63,960 nt of DNA, filler included, from Octopus bimaculoides (GCF_001194135.2; 5 parts of 4 records of this genome joined end to end with filler, not necessarily neighbours in it); one strand, 5' to 3'. Positions 52,432 through 63,344 are shown, numbered from the whole stretch's first letter. Numbers and translations: made by a program. The notes: generated from the letters alone by a model not told the origin.

Positions 52432-53392
52432 TTGTGTCTGTGTGTGTGTTCAATTGAATGGAGTGAACAACAGGCTTATTCCACTTACCTTCTTCAGAGC
52501 TTAATCATGCTTGTTGTGAGGTATATCTAGAATACATGTAATGTATTTAATCGAGCGATTAAGGGACCAATTAGTAAATGTAATTATTGTACTATGGAAC
52601 TTTTTATTCACCTAAATTATCGAAAACGCATGGAAGTCAACTGGAATAAAATGTCTAACTTTCCATTACTTTTTTGCCTTTCCTATGAAACTCTGTAACA
52701 AAATACCACCTGTACTTGCGGATTAAATTTCGGCTTAACAAATTGGACTATTGTCGATTTGGTAAAGTACGGTTTATCTAGATCTCTACATCAATCGCAG
52801 ATTAATCTCGTTCGTCTGCTTTACCTTTCTCCATGCGAGACATTATCAAGTATTTCGTCCGGTTCCTTAATCCCTTTCCTATTATACACCCACACACAAA
52901 CACACAAAGACACACACACACACACATACATAGTTACGCATACACACACACACACACCACACACATATATATATTCATATATGTAGTGTTTTAATTATTA
53001 ATCTCTGTGTTATGAAATAGTGTAATTCACTCAGAATTTGTTATAGTATTAGTTAAGTTAAGTTCAATCGAGTCTGTTTTGGTTCTGAAAAGAATAGACT
53101 ATAAAAACTTTCACTTGTGTATTGATAACTACGGATACTGGCGGGAGTATTATCTGCATGAACTTCAGGTGCTAGGTTGCTATTTAGCTTGAAAATTTAG
53201 GAGTTAGTTATAGGTTTACATTGAATTTATTTACCGATTCTGTTTTTGTACATAGGGTAAATGTGTTTCTTTGTTGTAGTTTAATTAATAATGTTAGGTT
53301 TAATCCTCCCTAGAATTAAGATTGAATGAATGTGGTGATATATATGGTATGTTTCTTCTCAAGCAACACTTATTTTAGTGTTGTTGACACCA

Positions 53393-53453
53393 CCGACTGA
53401 ACCTGGAACCATGTGGTTGGGAAGCAATCTTCTTACCACACAGCCGCGCCCAT
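53393..53453 (-). mobile_element. Truncated family B SINE head
   Basis: rc gggcgcggctgtgtggtaagaagattgcttcccaaccacatggttccaggttcagtc. Confidence 0.8.
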
Positions 53454-53566
53454 ATATATATATNNNNNNNNNNNNNNNNNNNNNNNNNNNNNNNNNNNNN
53501 NNNNNNNNNNNNNNNNNNNNNNNNNNNNNNNNNNNNNNNNNNNNNNNNNNNNNNNNNNNNNNNNNN

Positions 53567-53730
53567 NCACTACACATTCTTCATTTTCTCTCTTTGTTTC
53601 TTTCTGTGTTCCTTGCTGTGGAAGAGCGTAGGCGCGAAACGTTAAAGACTGTTTCACTTACTGAGCGTTAAACTAATACATATGTTTGTTGTCTACACCA
53701 CCTGTCTCCGTCTTTTTTTTCGTGAATTCT
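53567..53730 (+). mobile_element. Short PLE-pLTR/retrozyme-like repeat carrying a variant hammerhead core (53611-53649)
   Basis: CTGTGGA-A-GAGC-GTAG-GCGC-GAAAC-GTT-AAAGAC. The downstream sequence is homologous to the rc of 34238-34300. Confidence 0.6.
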
Positions 53731-54023
53731 CTTTATATATATGTAAGGATAGTAAGGAGCATGCGACTTGTACATGCGCAGAATTTATTTTGTAGTCAAA
53801 CACAGCATGAACCTAGACGTATTTCCACCGCAGTGACTACCGCAGTGACTACCGCAAATGCATCCCTGCAATATCGTCGGTGCAGCTTTATCAGGGTCCG
53901 TCCATTTAGTCATCCTCAAAGTGAAGTATTTGAAGTAAATATTTGTTACCGTTCTGTGGGTGGTTGGGGTATTGTTATTTGTAGGTATGTATTGCTGACC
54001 CCAACTTTATGCTAGTCATTTTT

Positions 54024-54288
54024 AAATTCCTTCAGAGATAGAGGAAAAAATAATACAAGCTTAAGCAAACTAATTTGATCAATTAAGGACAGAAACAACA
54101 GCTGTACTATCGATTTGGAACTAATTAGTTCTGCAAAGGCTTATCGAAAAGGGGGAAATAAATGTGGCTTGTGCGTAGATGAACTTTACCAAATATTTAC
54201 ATGAGAACATGCATTAATTAATACAAGACACCAACATGCCCTGAGATGTTTACACAAACACGGACTGACCTTTAAGAGATATAGATAA
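54024..54288 (+). mobile_element. Penelope-like element (Neptune-type) GIY-YIG C-terminal fragment
   Basis: NSFRDRGKNNTSLSKLI*SIK...IDLELISSAKAYRKGGNKCGLCVDELYQI...LINTRHQ...CLHK matches the SF....TxLSKxIWxLK...CxLCxxE...LNxR....CxH pattern. Two stops. Confidence 0.8.
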
Positions 54289-55122
54289 TTCTAGTCAGCA
54301 AACTCCCAGCAACAACTGCGCTTGATATAACTAATAGTACTAAACATAGAAATATCTTATAAGCATCATTAATAGAAAACAAAATATCCTACACAATGTG
54401 CAACACAAATAAAGGAACAACCCAACCAAAAGATGATTATAAACAAACAAGAACCCTCCAATACAAACACTAAGACTCAGACTGACAGAGAGACATGTTG
54501 AGCAAAATATATAAATAAAGGAAGAACGAAAGGAACGAAGAAAGAAAGAAAGAATCGATCCAGCTCTTGACTATTCTTACTATATTTTATCGAAGCCGGA
54601 GTGATGGGCGGCATATTTGTCTTTTTGGGGTGATGAGGGATATCAATAGGATCGAGGTAAGTAGCACTTTCGAGTCAAACTGAAAGCAGATTCTAAAAGC
54701 GTGTTTATGAATGATATAAACGTAAGGTATGAGTCGAAACCGGATTTTCGAAATGCAGGGCTGGATGAAAATTTTTTATACAATATTGGCTCTGAATATA
54801 TATAAGCTCAATGAATATAATCTAGTGAAGGAGGAATGATTTCAACTGAAAGGATGGAGAGGTAAGTAAGACCTTTTGATTTTTTGTAGGAAGCCAATAT
54901 AAGATATTGAACTGTCGCGAAGAATGTTACTCATATGTTTTATTGACTGCATAAGAATACGTGGCAGAACGACATCGTTGTTGTTAAACTCAGAATAAAA
55001 GGCATCATTATTCGATAATGTAGCAAGACCGAGGATCTAACATCCAAAACGCCCGATGAAAGTAAACATTACAAAGCATTTACTTTCATTACCTTTAGCA
55101 TTTTCTCACTCACTCTCACCCC

Positions 55123-55165
<43 letters not shown>

Positions 55166-55227
55166 ATGCGTGTGCGTGTATGTATGTGTGTACATGTGTG
55201 TATTTTGTTGCCACTCCGTCGCTTACG

Positions 55228-55545
55228 CGTGAAATTAACGTGCAAGTGGCTGAGCACTCCACAGACACGTGTACCCTTAACGTAGTTCTCGGGGATATTC
55301 AGCGTGACACACTGTGACAAGGCTGACCCTTTGAATTACAGGCACAACAGAAACAGGAAGTAAGAGTGAGAGAAAGTTGTGGTGAAAGAGTACAGCAGGG
55401 TTCGCCACCATCCTTTGCCGGAGACTCGTGGAGCTTTAGGTGTTTTCGCTCAATAAACACTCACAACGCCCGGTCTGGGAAATCGAAACCGCGATCCTAT
55501 GACCGCGAGTCCGCTGCCCTAGCCACTGGGCCATTGCGCCTCCAC
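55228..55545 (-). mobile_element. SINE family C head/body with tail Y
   Basis: About 190 bp nearly identical to 51400-51590, but the tail equals that of 1083-1394. Confidence 0.9.
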
Positions 55546-56503
55546 ACATGTGTGTATATATGTCTAGAAAATAATAGAGTTTGATTGAACAGCTTAAACA
55601 ATGAAGCACTAAAATTAAATATGAACCTACTGACTTCAGAATGCAGACAGAACAAAACTAATTGAAATGAACGAAATAGCTGCAGGGGTGGAAACGATTT
55701 TCATCTAATTATTGAATCATTTTGATCGGGTGAAGATACATTTCAGACAGGTGAATATTTATTTAAACATTATCACTAAACACTGGTGTGTTAATGAGGT
55801 GATTTAAAGTGCACTTAGATGATTTACTTTCAGACAGAAGCAGGCTCAAAATATAAACTCATTGTAGTGCTCGGCAATAAAACATTTGAAGTCAAAAAGA
55901 TGACATGAGATATAAAAGAAAATATCATTTTGTTATGATTTAATAAATAGTGATTGTAAATTTTTTAATTTCTTTCTTGTAAAGTAAACAATTGAAGACT
56001 AATGGAATTCAGTGTTATGAACTGGAAGCAGGGCAGCTCGTGAGACCGGCATCATTTCATGGGATATTCTCGCAGGAATATATCCAAGCCGTGGAAACTA
56101 AGGAATCATTCATCAGATTGATTTATACTATTCTAACCATATATATCAGTAGGAGTATATATATCAACTTTATAGTGTCTATTTATAGTTAGACTTCCAG
56201 AACGTTTCGTCAGTGAAATGACCAGGTCTTTAATAACCGGATATAAGACGCCAAACGCTTATAACGTAATGGAACACTTTCATAGTTCAACAAGCCTGCT
56301 TTTTACATTAAGAAAAATATATATTTCACCCAAGATGCGATGTTCTTTCATTCAAAACTGATATATAGAATCAATTGCATCACCAATGTTTGACTCTTAA
56401 TGGCTGTATTAGTCCATCGAGTAGAATTGGGTATTCTAAATTCATTGCAAACAACTATACGTACTACACAAAATCTAGCCTTCTCATTATACAGATATAT
56501 TGA

Positions 56504-56705
56504 GGCGGCGAGCTGGCAGAAGCGTTAGCATTCCGGGCGAAATGCTTAGCGGTATTTCGTGGGTCTCTACGTTGTGTTCAAATTCTGCCGAGGTCAACTT
56601 TGCCCTTCATCCTTTCGGGGTCGATAAATTAAGTACCAGTTGCGGCTATCTAATCCACTGTCCCTTTCTCCCAAAATGTCGGGCCTTGTGCCTAGAGTAG
56701 AAAAG
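56504..56705 (+). mobile_element. Family A SINE with a perfect 19-bp target-site duplication
   Basis: ATTATACAGATATATTGAG at 56486-56504 and 56706-56724. Confidence 0.95.
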
Positions 56706-57333
56706 ATTATACAGATATATTGAGACGATGTGGTTTAGGGATTAGATATCTCGGGACAGAGAAAATATATTTTATTGACATGGTTTACAATTATTCTAAT
56801 CAGGAGGAAATGGAGACTGTATTCCTTAAATATCAGTCTCATATTTCTTGATATAAGGCTTATATTCAAATATGTAAGCTTCATATATCAACATAGGTTT
56901 CTCTTCTTTTTGTATAACTTAATCTCCCCTAAACGAGCAGTGTGTTGAATAATTGTGTTTAAAGCCATAGCTACGTTGAGTTACTTTCAAGTATATTATG
57001 ATTTAATCAGAAACTTTAGTCAGAACCCTTTTTTTAAGTCTAATACATCGTTTTTTCATTGGCTTCTGTCACATTAGGAGCTGTACTTTGTAGTTCGAGG
57101 TTACGAAACATTACAATTGTACGGACACTTGGTCTTATATTAATAGTAGAACAGGTAATAGATATTTTTATATTGGCCGTTAGTGTAGGCAATATGCATC
57201 GAAGAACAAATCCGATTACAAATGGCCCTGTTCGGGAATAGAATATACATAATTATATTCTCTTATACATGTTAAGCAGTAGCATTCTACAATTCCTTGT
57301 TTGTGTATGTGTGTGCGCGCGTGCGTGTGTGTA

Positions 57334-58215
57334 TTGGTCATCCCATAAATAATGCAATTTTTTTATACTTCTTATATTTTTAACAATTAACAAAGTTCTT
57401 TTTTAATCTAACATATACTATCTCCTATCTTGTAGACTTGCGAGCACCCTCTTCCAAACTTCACTTGTCCGTGACGAAAACTACTCTTCAAGTACTGTTC
57501 TGACCTCGTCTACAGGATTCCTGTTTTCTCCGTCCAAATGATTTTGAAGACTGCGGAATAAATGATTATAAGACGGGGCAATGTCCGACAAATAAGTTGG
57601 GTGGGGCATCGTTTCCCATTCAGACTTCTCCAGCATTTGGAATGTTATCCGCGCTATATATAGCCGAGCAAAATTCTGGTGGAAGAACACCTTTTTTCTT
57701 GAAACCAAAGATGCTCGTTGTTATTCTAAAGCTGACTTGAATGACATGTTGAACAACCAAATCCAAGCTTCTCTGCTAGTTTCTCAACAGTTACGATGAG
57801 ACTTTGTTCTTCCAGGGTTTGCAGAACGTCTTCCTCGAGTTCTACAAATCTTCCAGGACTTGGGTCATCTTCTAGGCTGTAGTTTCCGGCTCGGAATTTC
57901 TAGAACCACCGTAGACGCTAGATTGCGCTTATTATCGGATCCCCATATACTGCATTGATACCCCTCGGACTATCCGTTGCGTTGTTGAACTCATAAAGCA
58001 AAATATGCTGAATATGCTCCTGTCACTTCCATTATGGCTTTGAAAAAAACAACTGTTAAAATCGAACTGCACTCTTCAAAACTTGCACTAAGAATAAGGA
58101 CAAACTAAAATTACTACGTGCTTTTATAGCAAGTTGATGCTGATAGTTTATCCCATCCCCTCCGACTTTTAGCTCATGCAATTGAAAAGACTGCATTATT
58201 TATGGGATGACCCAA
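57334..58215 (-). mobile_element. TIR-complete, internally deleted mariner (DD34D) element, 882 bp
   Basis: TIRs TTGG(G)TCATCCCATAAATAATGCA with TA flanks (57332-33, 58216-17). Transposase from ATG 58032: EHIQHILLYEF...WF*KFRAGNYSLEDDPSPGR, then a jump to FFHQNFAR...HPTYLSDIAPSYNHLFRSLQNHL. The WVPHEL/first-D region is missing. Confidence 0.95.
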
Positions 58216-58324
58216 TATATACATATATATATATATANNNNNNNNNNNNNNNNNNNNNNNNNNNNNNNNNNNNNNNNNNNNNNNNNNNNNNNNNNNNNNN
58301 NNNNNNNNNNNNNNNNNNNNNNNN

Positions 58325-58355
<31 letters not shown>

Positions 58356-60848
58356 ATATATGTATTGTCTGTGTATGTTGGAATGTGTGTGTAAATACAT
58401 ATACACACTCCTGCTCCCCATTCAATTTATAAATTTCATATCATTTTTATTCCACAATTCCATGTTTTTTTTTATAGATGTACTATACTTTTTTTCTCTT
58501 CTAGAAGCGTTATAAGCAATTTTTCTTCCTGAAGGACTTGAATTTTATTCCAGAATAACATCATAATTAATACTTCCTCTAGATATTTTGAACATTATTA
58601 AGAATTTGTATGCGCATGTACAAGCATATGTTTTTGTTTGAATGTGTGTGCTTGCCTTATATGTATGTGTGCCTATGTATGTATGCATGCACGTATGTAT
58701 GAATATCTCTCTGTCTTTCTCTCTCTCTTACTCTCTCTAAATATATATATATATATACATACATATGTGTACATATATATATACATACATATATATACAT
58801 ATTTATATATATATGTATATTTGTCTAATAATAGGAAGCAAAGAAGTATAAATTTCAAGTGAGTGCATGGCTAAAATAATAATTATCGAAATAAAATTTT
58901 ATTTAGAAAATATGGTTTTATTTATGCTAACCGTTAATAAGGTTGGTGTCACTTCGAACGAGAAACATGATTGACTAGCTTCTATTTTTAAAAAAATAAA
59001 AAGGAAAAAAATACAGAAAATTTTGTAAGAAAGAATAGTTGCTATGGTGATGTTGACGTTTATAAAATGAACACAAGGAAAGTAATTATTATAATTGCCA
59101 AAGGTTAAGTTGTAAGCAATTACCAGGTGAAAAAGACTGCTTTTCCTATCATAAATGATGTATAAAATTGCATCCGCAGATTCATCTTTGAATATCGTAT
59201 GCAAGCTACAATAACTCAAGTTTATAAGATAGCTAACGTTGTTTCTAATATTCTTTTAAATTACGTTCAGCCAAGTTATGATAGACATATAGTTCAAAAT
59301 AAATTGTATTGCGTAAGAGTGAATGCTTAAGAGTAGAATATTTTCATCATAGACCCGCTTGATCGAGATTGATTGATGGATTACAAACAGCAATCAAAGC
59401 GACTAGAAATGAATGAATGCCTTGATATTGGAGAAATATAGTCTGATGAACAAGAAAATGTATTATCAATCCCTGCCACTGCATCTAAAATACTCTAGAA
59501 ACAAAGAGATTTCTATTCAGTACATTCTAAAAAGCTATTCTCTAAAAATAACTATTCCTCTAGATCTAGAAAACATAACCATTGTTGCTCGTTTCTCTCA
59601 GAAACAATGGATTATCACTGCTTTGTAAACATTAATATATTCAGAGACAATGCATTTACTGAATGAAATACGCTGAAAGTAAAATGTCACCTATACATAC
59701 AAAATGTACAGTTTCTTGCCACAGTTCTCGAAAGACCTCTTAGAGCCTCCAAATTCACGAAGCACATTCAAATGATTAAATGAAGAAAACATTTCTTGAC
59801 TTGTACTTACTTCATTGAATACAGTGCGAAACAAAATAAAGCGAATATATCTACATAGAAGCACTCTACTATTTCTGACATTATCTGCAGTAAAAATACT
59901 ATAATAAATAATAATATTTCTATCAGGGATGATAGCTATAATGAAGACGTTGATTACTTATATTACAATAATATTTTCCGCTACGCTAATATTAAAGAAG
60001 AAAATGTTGCGTATTTATTATAGCAAATTATTGTTAAAGAATACAGTATTAGATGTGAAGAAAAAAGCGTTAATGAGGCTTTGATAATACACAAGTTAAG
60101 AAATCAATGTAGTTTCTTCTACGAATCTAACACTTTTCTTTTGGATCAAAGAGAGATGATTAAGCCAGAGATTGAAAGAAAAGAATTGCGTCACATTAAT
60201 TGTGTATTCAATTATCTTATAGGCTTTAAAAGTATTATGTTAAAACATCTAGAGAAAATATATTTGGAAATAAATACAAATGACGCTACTCAATAAAAAT
60301 ACACCCGAAGCGTCAATACTTTGCTGTCGTCATATGTGAAGAGTAGATTTAGTATTACAATATTTTTGGTTCAAACGCCGAGAGTGTAGGTGCGATTTCT
60401 TATACGTTTCTGCAGAATATATAAGCGCGTGAGCCGCTATATTATATTTATTGTTATGCTACTAATACCAACACCATCTTGAACGATGTTTATCTTGTGT
60501 CAAGAAAAATTAGTAGAAACATAATGAATCTTGAGCATGTGGTCACCATTCTTATTTGTTAACCTCTTTTCATTCAAATATATTGCCAGAGTAAATTCAG
60601 GAAATATTTCTATCAATGTTACTTACAAAATTCTTTACATTGATAGACATTACTTAAGGTCCGTTAAAAATTCCTACTCTAATATACATAATATGATCTT
60701 CATTATTTCCGGTAAATATGGTTTTGACAGAGTTGCAAACCGCCAATGAAATGATGTAGAATAGTGGAATCAGAAAATTTGCGTATGTATTTCCTCATAC
60801 TTAGCTACATCCAGATAAACGACTCCTTATATTGAACTNNNNNNNNNN

Positions 60849-60903
<55 letters not shown>

Positions 60904-60937
60904 GCCTGTATACGAGGTGGTATCAAAACGTTCCCAC

Positions 60938-61240
60938 GGGTATATGGCGTAGTGGTTAAGAGTCTGGGCTACTAACCCCAAGATTCCGAGTTCGATTCCA
61001 AGCAGTGACCTGAACAATAACAACAACAAGAACAAGAACAATAATAATGATAATAATAATAATACGAAAAATACCTTAGGAATGACAACCCAGGTTCGAA
61101 ATTTCCCCAAGACACCTGATGAAGGCTGGAGGATATATCAGCCGAAACGTTGTGTTAACAACAAACAAGATGGGGACAAATATCCGTCGAATGTAAATAA
61201 TGTAAAAATGTATATAATTCCTCATCTCTTAAATATAGAA
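60938..61240 (+). mobile_element. tRNA-headed SINE carrying a hammerhead ribozyme motif
   Basis: A box TGGCGTAGTGG 60945-55, B box GAGTTCGATTCC 60988-99, (AAC/AAT)n linker, hammerhead core at 61111-61156, (AATGTA)n-like repeats near the 3' end. Confidence 0.85.
61111..61156 (+). ncRNA. Minimal type I hammerhead ribozyme motif
   Basis: GACAC-CTGATGA-A-GGCTG-[GAGGATATAT]-CAGCC-GAAAC-GTT-GTGTT. Helix I 5 bp (one G-U), helix II 5 bp perfect, palindromic mini-helix III (ACGT), predicted cleavage 3' of 61151. Confidence 0.8.
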
Positions 61241-61644
61241 CTGTGTTCACAGTCTAGTTATGTTTAATAAAAAAATAACTTATTTACCTAAGTTTTAATG
61301 TCATCTCCTTCGAAATAGTTACCTTGCGCAACAGTTCAAGTGTACATCATACAAGTGATCACAAAAGCACAAATTTCACAACTTGTGAAGTAAACACAGC
61401 AATATCACTCGGCACACTGCCTCATGAAGGTCACTGCTAGCTCTCACTGCATACACAACTGTGTACTGCCATGTGTTCGCGCGCTCTACAAAACTAGTCC
61501 GGAAACTTTTTGGTGCTTGCCATATGCTTGTCTCAAAGCTTAAGCCATACAGGTGTATGTATATTTATTGTAGCATACACACTTATTTATGAATATGATA
61601 TATACATACGCACACAGTTTCTCTATAATACATATCATATGCAA

Positions 61645-61876
61645 GGCAGCGCGCTGGCAGAATCGTTAGCACGCCGGGCGAAATGCTTAGAGTAATTTCG
61701 TCTGTCTTTGCGCTCTGAGTTCAAATTCCGCCGAGGTCGACTTTGCCTTTCATCCTTCCGGGCTCGATTAAATAAGTACCAGTTACGCACTGGGGTCGAT
61801 CTAATCGACTTAATCCCTTTGTCTGTCCTTGTTTGTCCCCTCTATGTTTAACCCCTTGTGGGCAATAAAGAAATAA
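61645..61876 (+). mobile_element. Near-consensus family A SINE
   Basis: Colinear with 19081-19306 including the ...ccccttgtgggcaataaagaaataa tail. Confidence 0.92.
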
Positions 61877-62272
61877 ATATATATAATATGCGTGCCTGTT
61901 CCAGCGCATTGGAGTGTATTCAGTAAGTATTATTCTTCGTATATATTCTGCATACCAGCAGTTGGAAAAAAAAGCTTTCAGTGACCTTTCTAATATTAAA
62001 ATTTCAAATGTTATTACGCAGTTGCCAGAAATTAGAAATATAGATTCACCAGATATGATACATCTATTATTACTTTCGTGTTATTAGTTGCCCTTTTTTA
62101 GCAATTACATTTTTCAAATGCTAATGTGTTATACTTCACATCTATTTTGTATCTCTTCCTCAAACGGCAAGACCATGAAAATGGGCTACTACTTCTTCTA
62201 ATGAAGATGATGAGGATGAGGATGATGGTGGTGGTGATGGTGATGGTGGTGATGGTGGTGGGGTGGCGATGA

Positions 62273-62303
<31 letters not shown>

Positions 62304-62952
62304 TTTGATGATAATGATGATGATAATGAGAGTGGTAGTGGTAGTGGTGATGATGAGGATGACGATGATGGTGGTGATGATGATGGTGAAGGTGATGGTG
62401 ATGATGGGGTAAAGGAGAATAATGATTAAGATAAAGATGGCTTTTGGTACATGGAAATGGACAACAATTTTGAGAGGCGAGAATTAGTGGATTCGAGTGG
62501 CACCAGTACATTACTGGTATTATTTTATGAAATATGTAAAGATCAAAGCGAAAAATTGACCAAGGTGGAATTTGAACGTAAATAGTATAATGAAAGATAC
62601 ATTGGAAAGAATTTTCCCGAGGCTTTATAAGAAAAAAAATAAAATAAAATTAAGACAAATTAAGAAAATATGAAAAGGGTAAANNNNNNNNNNNNNNNNN
62701 NNNNNNNNNNNNNNNNNNNNNNNNNNNTTAATTAATTAANNNNNNNNNNNNNNNNNNNNNNNNNNNNNNNNNNNNNNNNNNNNGTTAAAACTTTTGTCTA
62801 GAATCAATTACTAGCCTGATAGACCCCGCTATGTCAAGATGGACTTATATATTCTTCCTCACATTTGGATTTTATATATGCTCTCTCCCACTTGGATTTA
62901 ATATGTTGCCACATTTATAATATGTCTTTTTTCTACATTTTCTACATTTTCG

Positions 62953-63041
62953 TGCAGCTGAAGATTGCTCTTCATATTGCATTTAAGGTAATGCTCACAT
63001 TACTTAAATAAATTGAAGTAGCATGAAACGTGCGTACTGCA
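62953..63041 (+). ncRNA. Type I hammerhead ribozyme motif with a long helix II loop
   Basis: TGCAG-CTGAAGA-T-TGCT-[~50 nt]-AGCA-T-GAAAC-GTGC-GTA-CTGCA. Helix I perfect 5 bp, GUA cleavage triplet at 63034-36, U-U mismatch at the helix II base. Confidence 0.65.
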
Positions 63042-63072
63042 ATCACTTTTGAAATCCGTGTTGCTTATTGCT

Positions 63073-63109
<37 letters not shown>

Positions 63110-63180
63110 TGTTTGTTTTCATGTTAAGTTATAACACAAACAATTTTACATTAAACAGAAGAATGATTCAATACTTTTTG

Positions 63181-63303
63181 TTTAACAAAAATAGAGTTGA
63201 CAGTGACTTCAAAGTTTCAGCCACCTAAGCCGTCATCAGATTGACAGATGATGGCTTAGAGGGCTGAAACTCCAAAGTCACTGACAATACTATTCTTGTT
63301 AAA
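63181..63303. repeat. 57-bp-arm inverted repeat (47/57 identical by hand count, 9-nt spacer); each arm holds a hammerhead-like core
   Basis: Minus strand 63246-63198: TGTCAAT-CTGATGA-C-GGCT-taggt-GGCT-GAAAC-TTTGAA-GTC-ACTGTCA. Plus arm: CAGATGA-T-GGCT-tagag-GGCT-GAAAC-TCCAAA-GTC-ACTGACA. Confidence 0.85.
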
Positions 63304-63344
63304 GAAGAAAAATAAATACATAAATATTATATATATAATATATA

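Larger units (their letters stand above)
60911..61524. mobile_element. Mariner-type MITE interrupted near its left TIR by a SINE
   Basis: Left TACGAGGTGGTATCAAAACGTTCC (60911-60934), resuming at ~61242 (gttcacagtctagttatgt). The rc of the right end reads accaaaaagtttccggactagttttgt. Confidence 0.65.

Noticed and set aside
52452-52530. Strong minus-strand donor GAAG/GTAAGT with nearby acceptor
   Set aside because: All three frames of the 38-nt exon contain stops.
54575-54662. Plus-strand exon candidate ending GAG/GTAAGT
   Set aside because: Lies in what looks like a degenerate SINE core; probably chance.
56195-56235. Hammerhead-like GTCA-tttcac-TGAC-GAAAC-GTT on the minus strand
   Set aside because: No CUGANGA upstream and no helix I.
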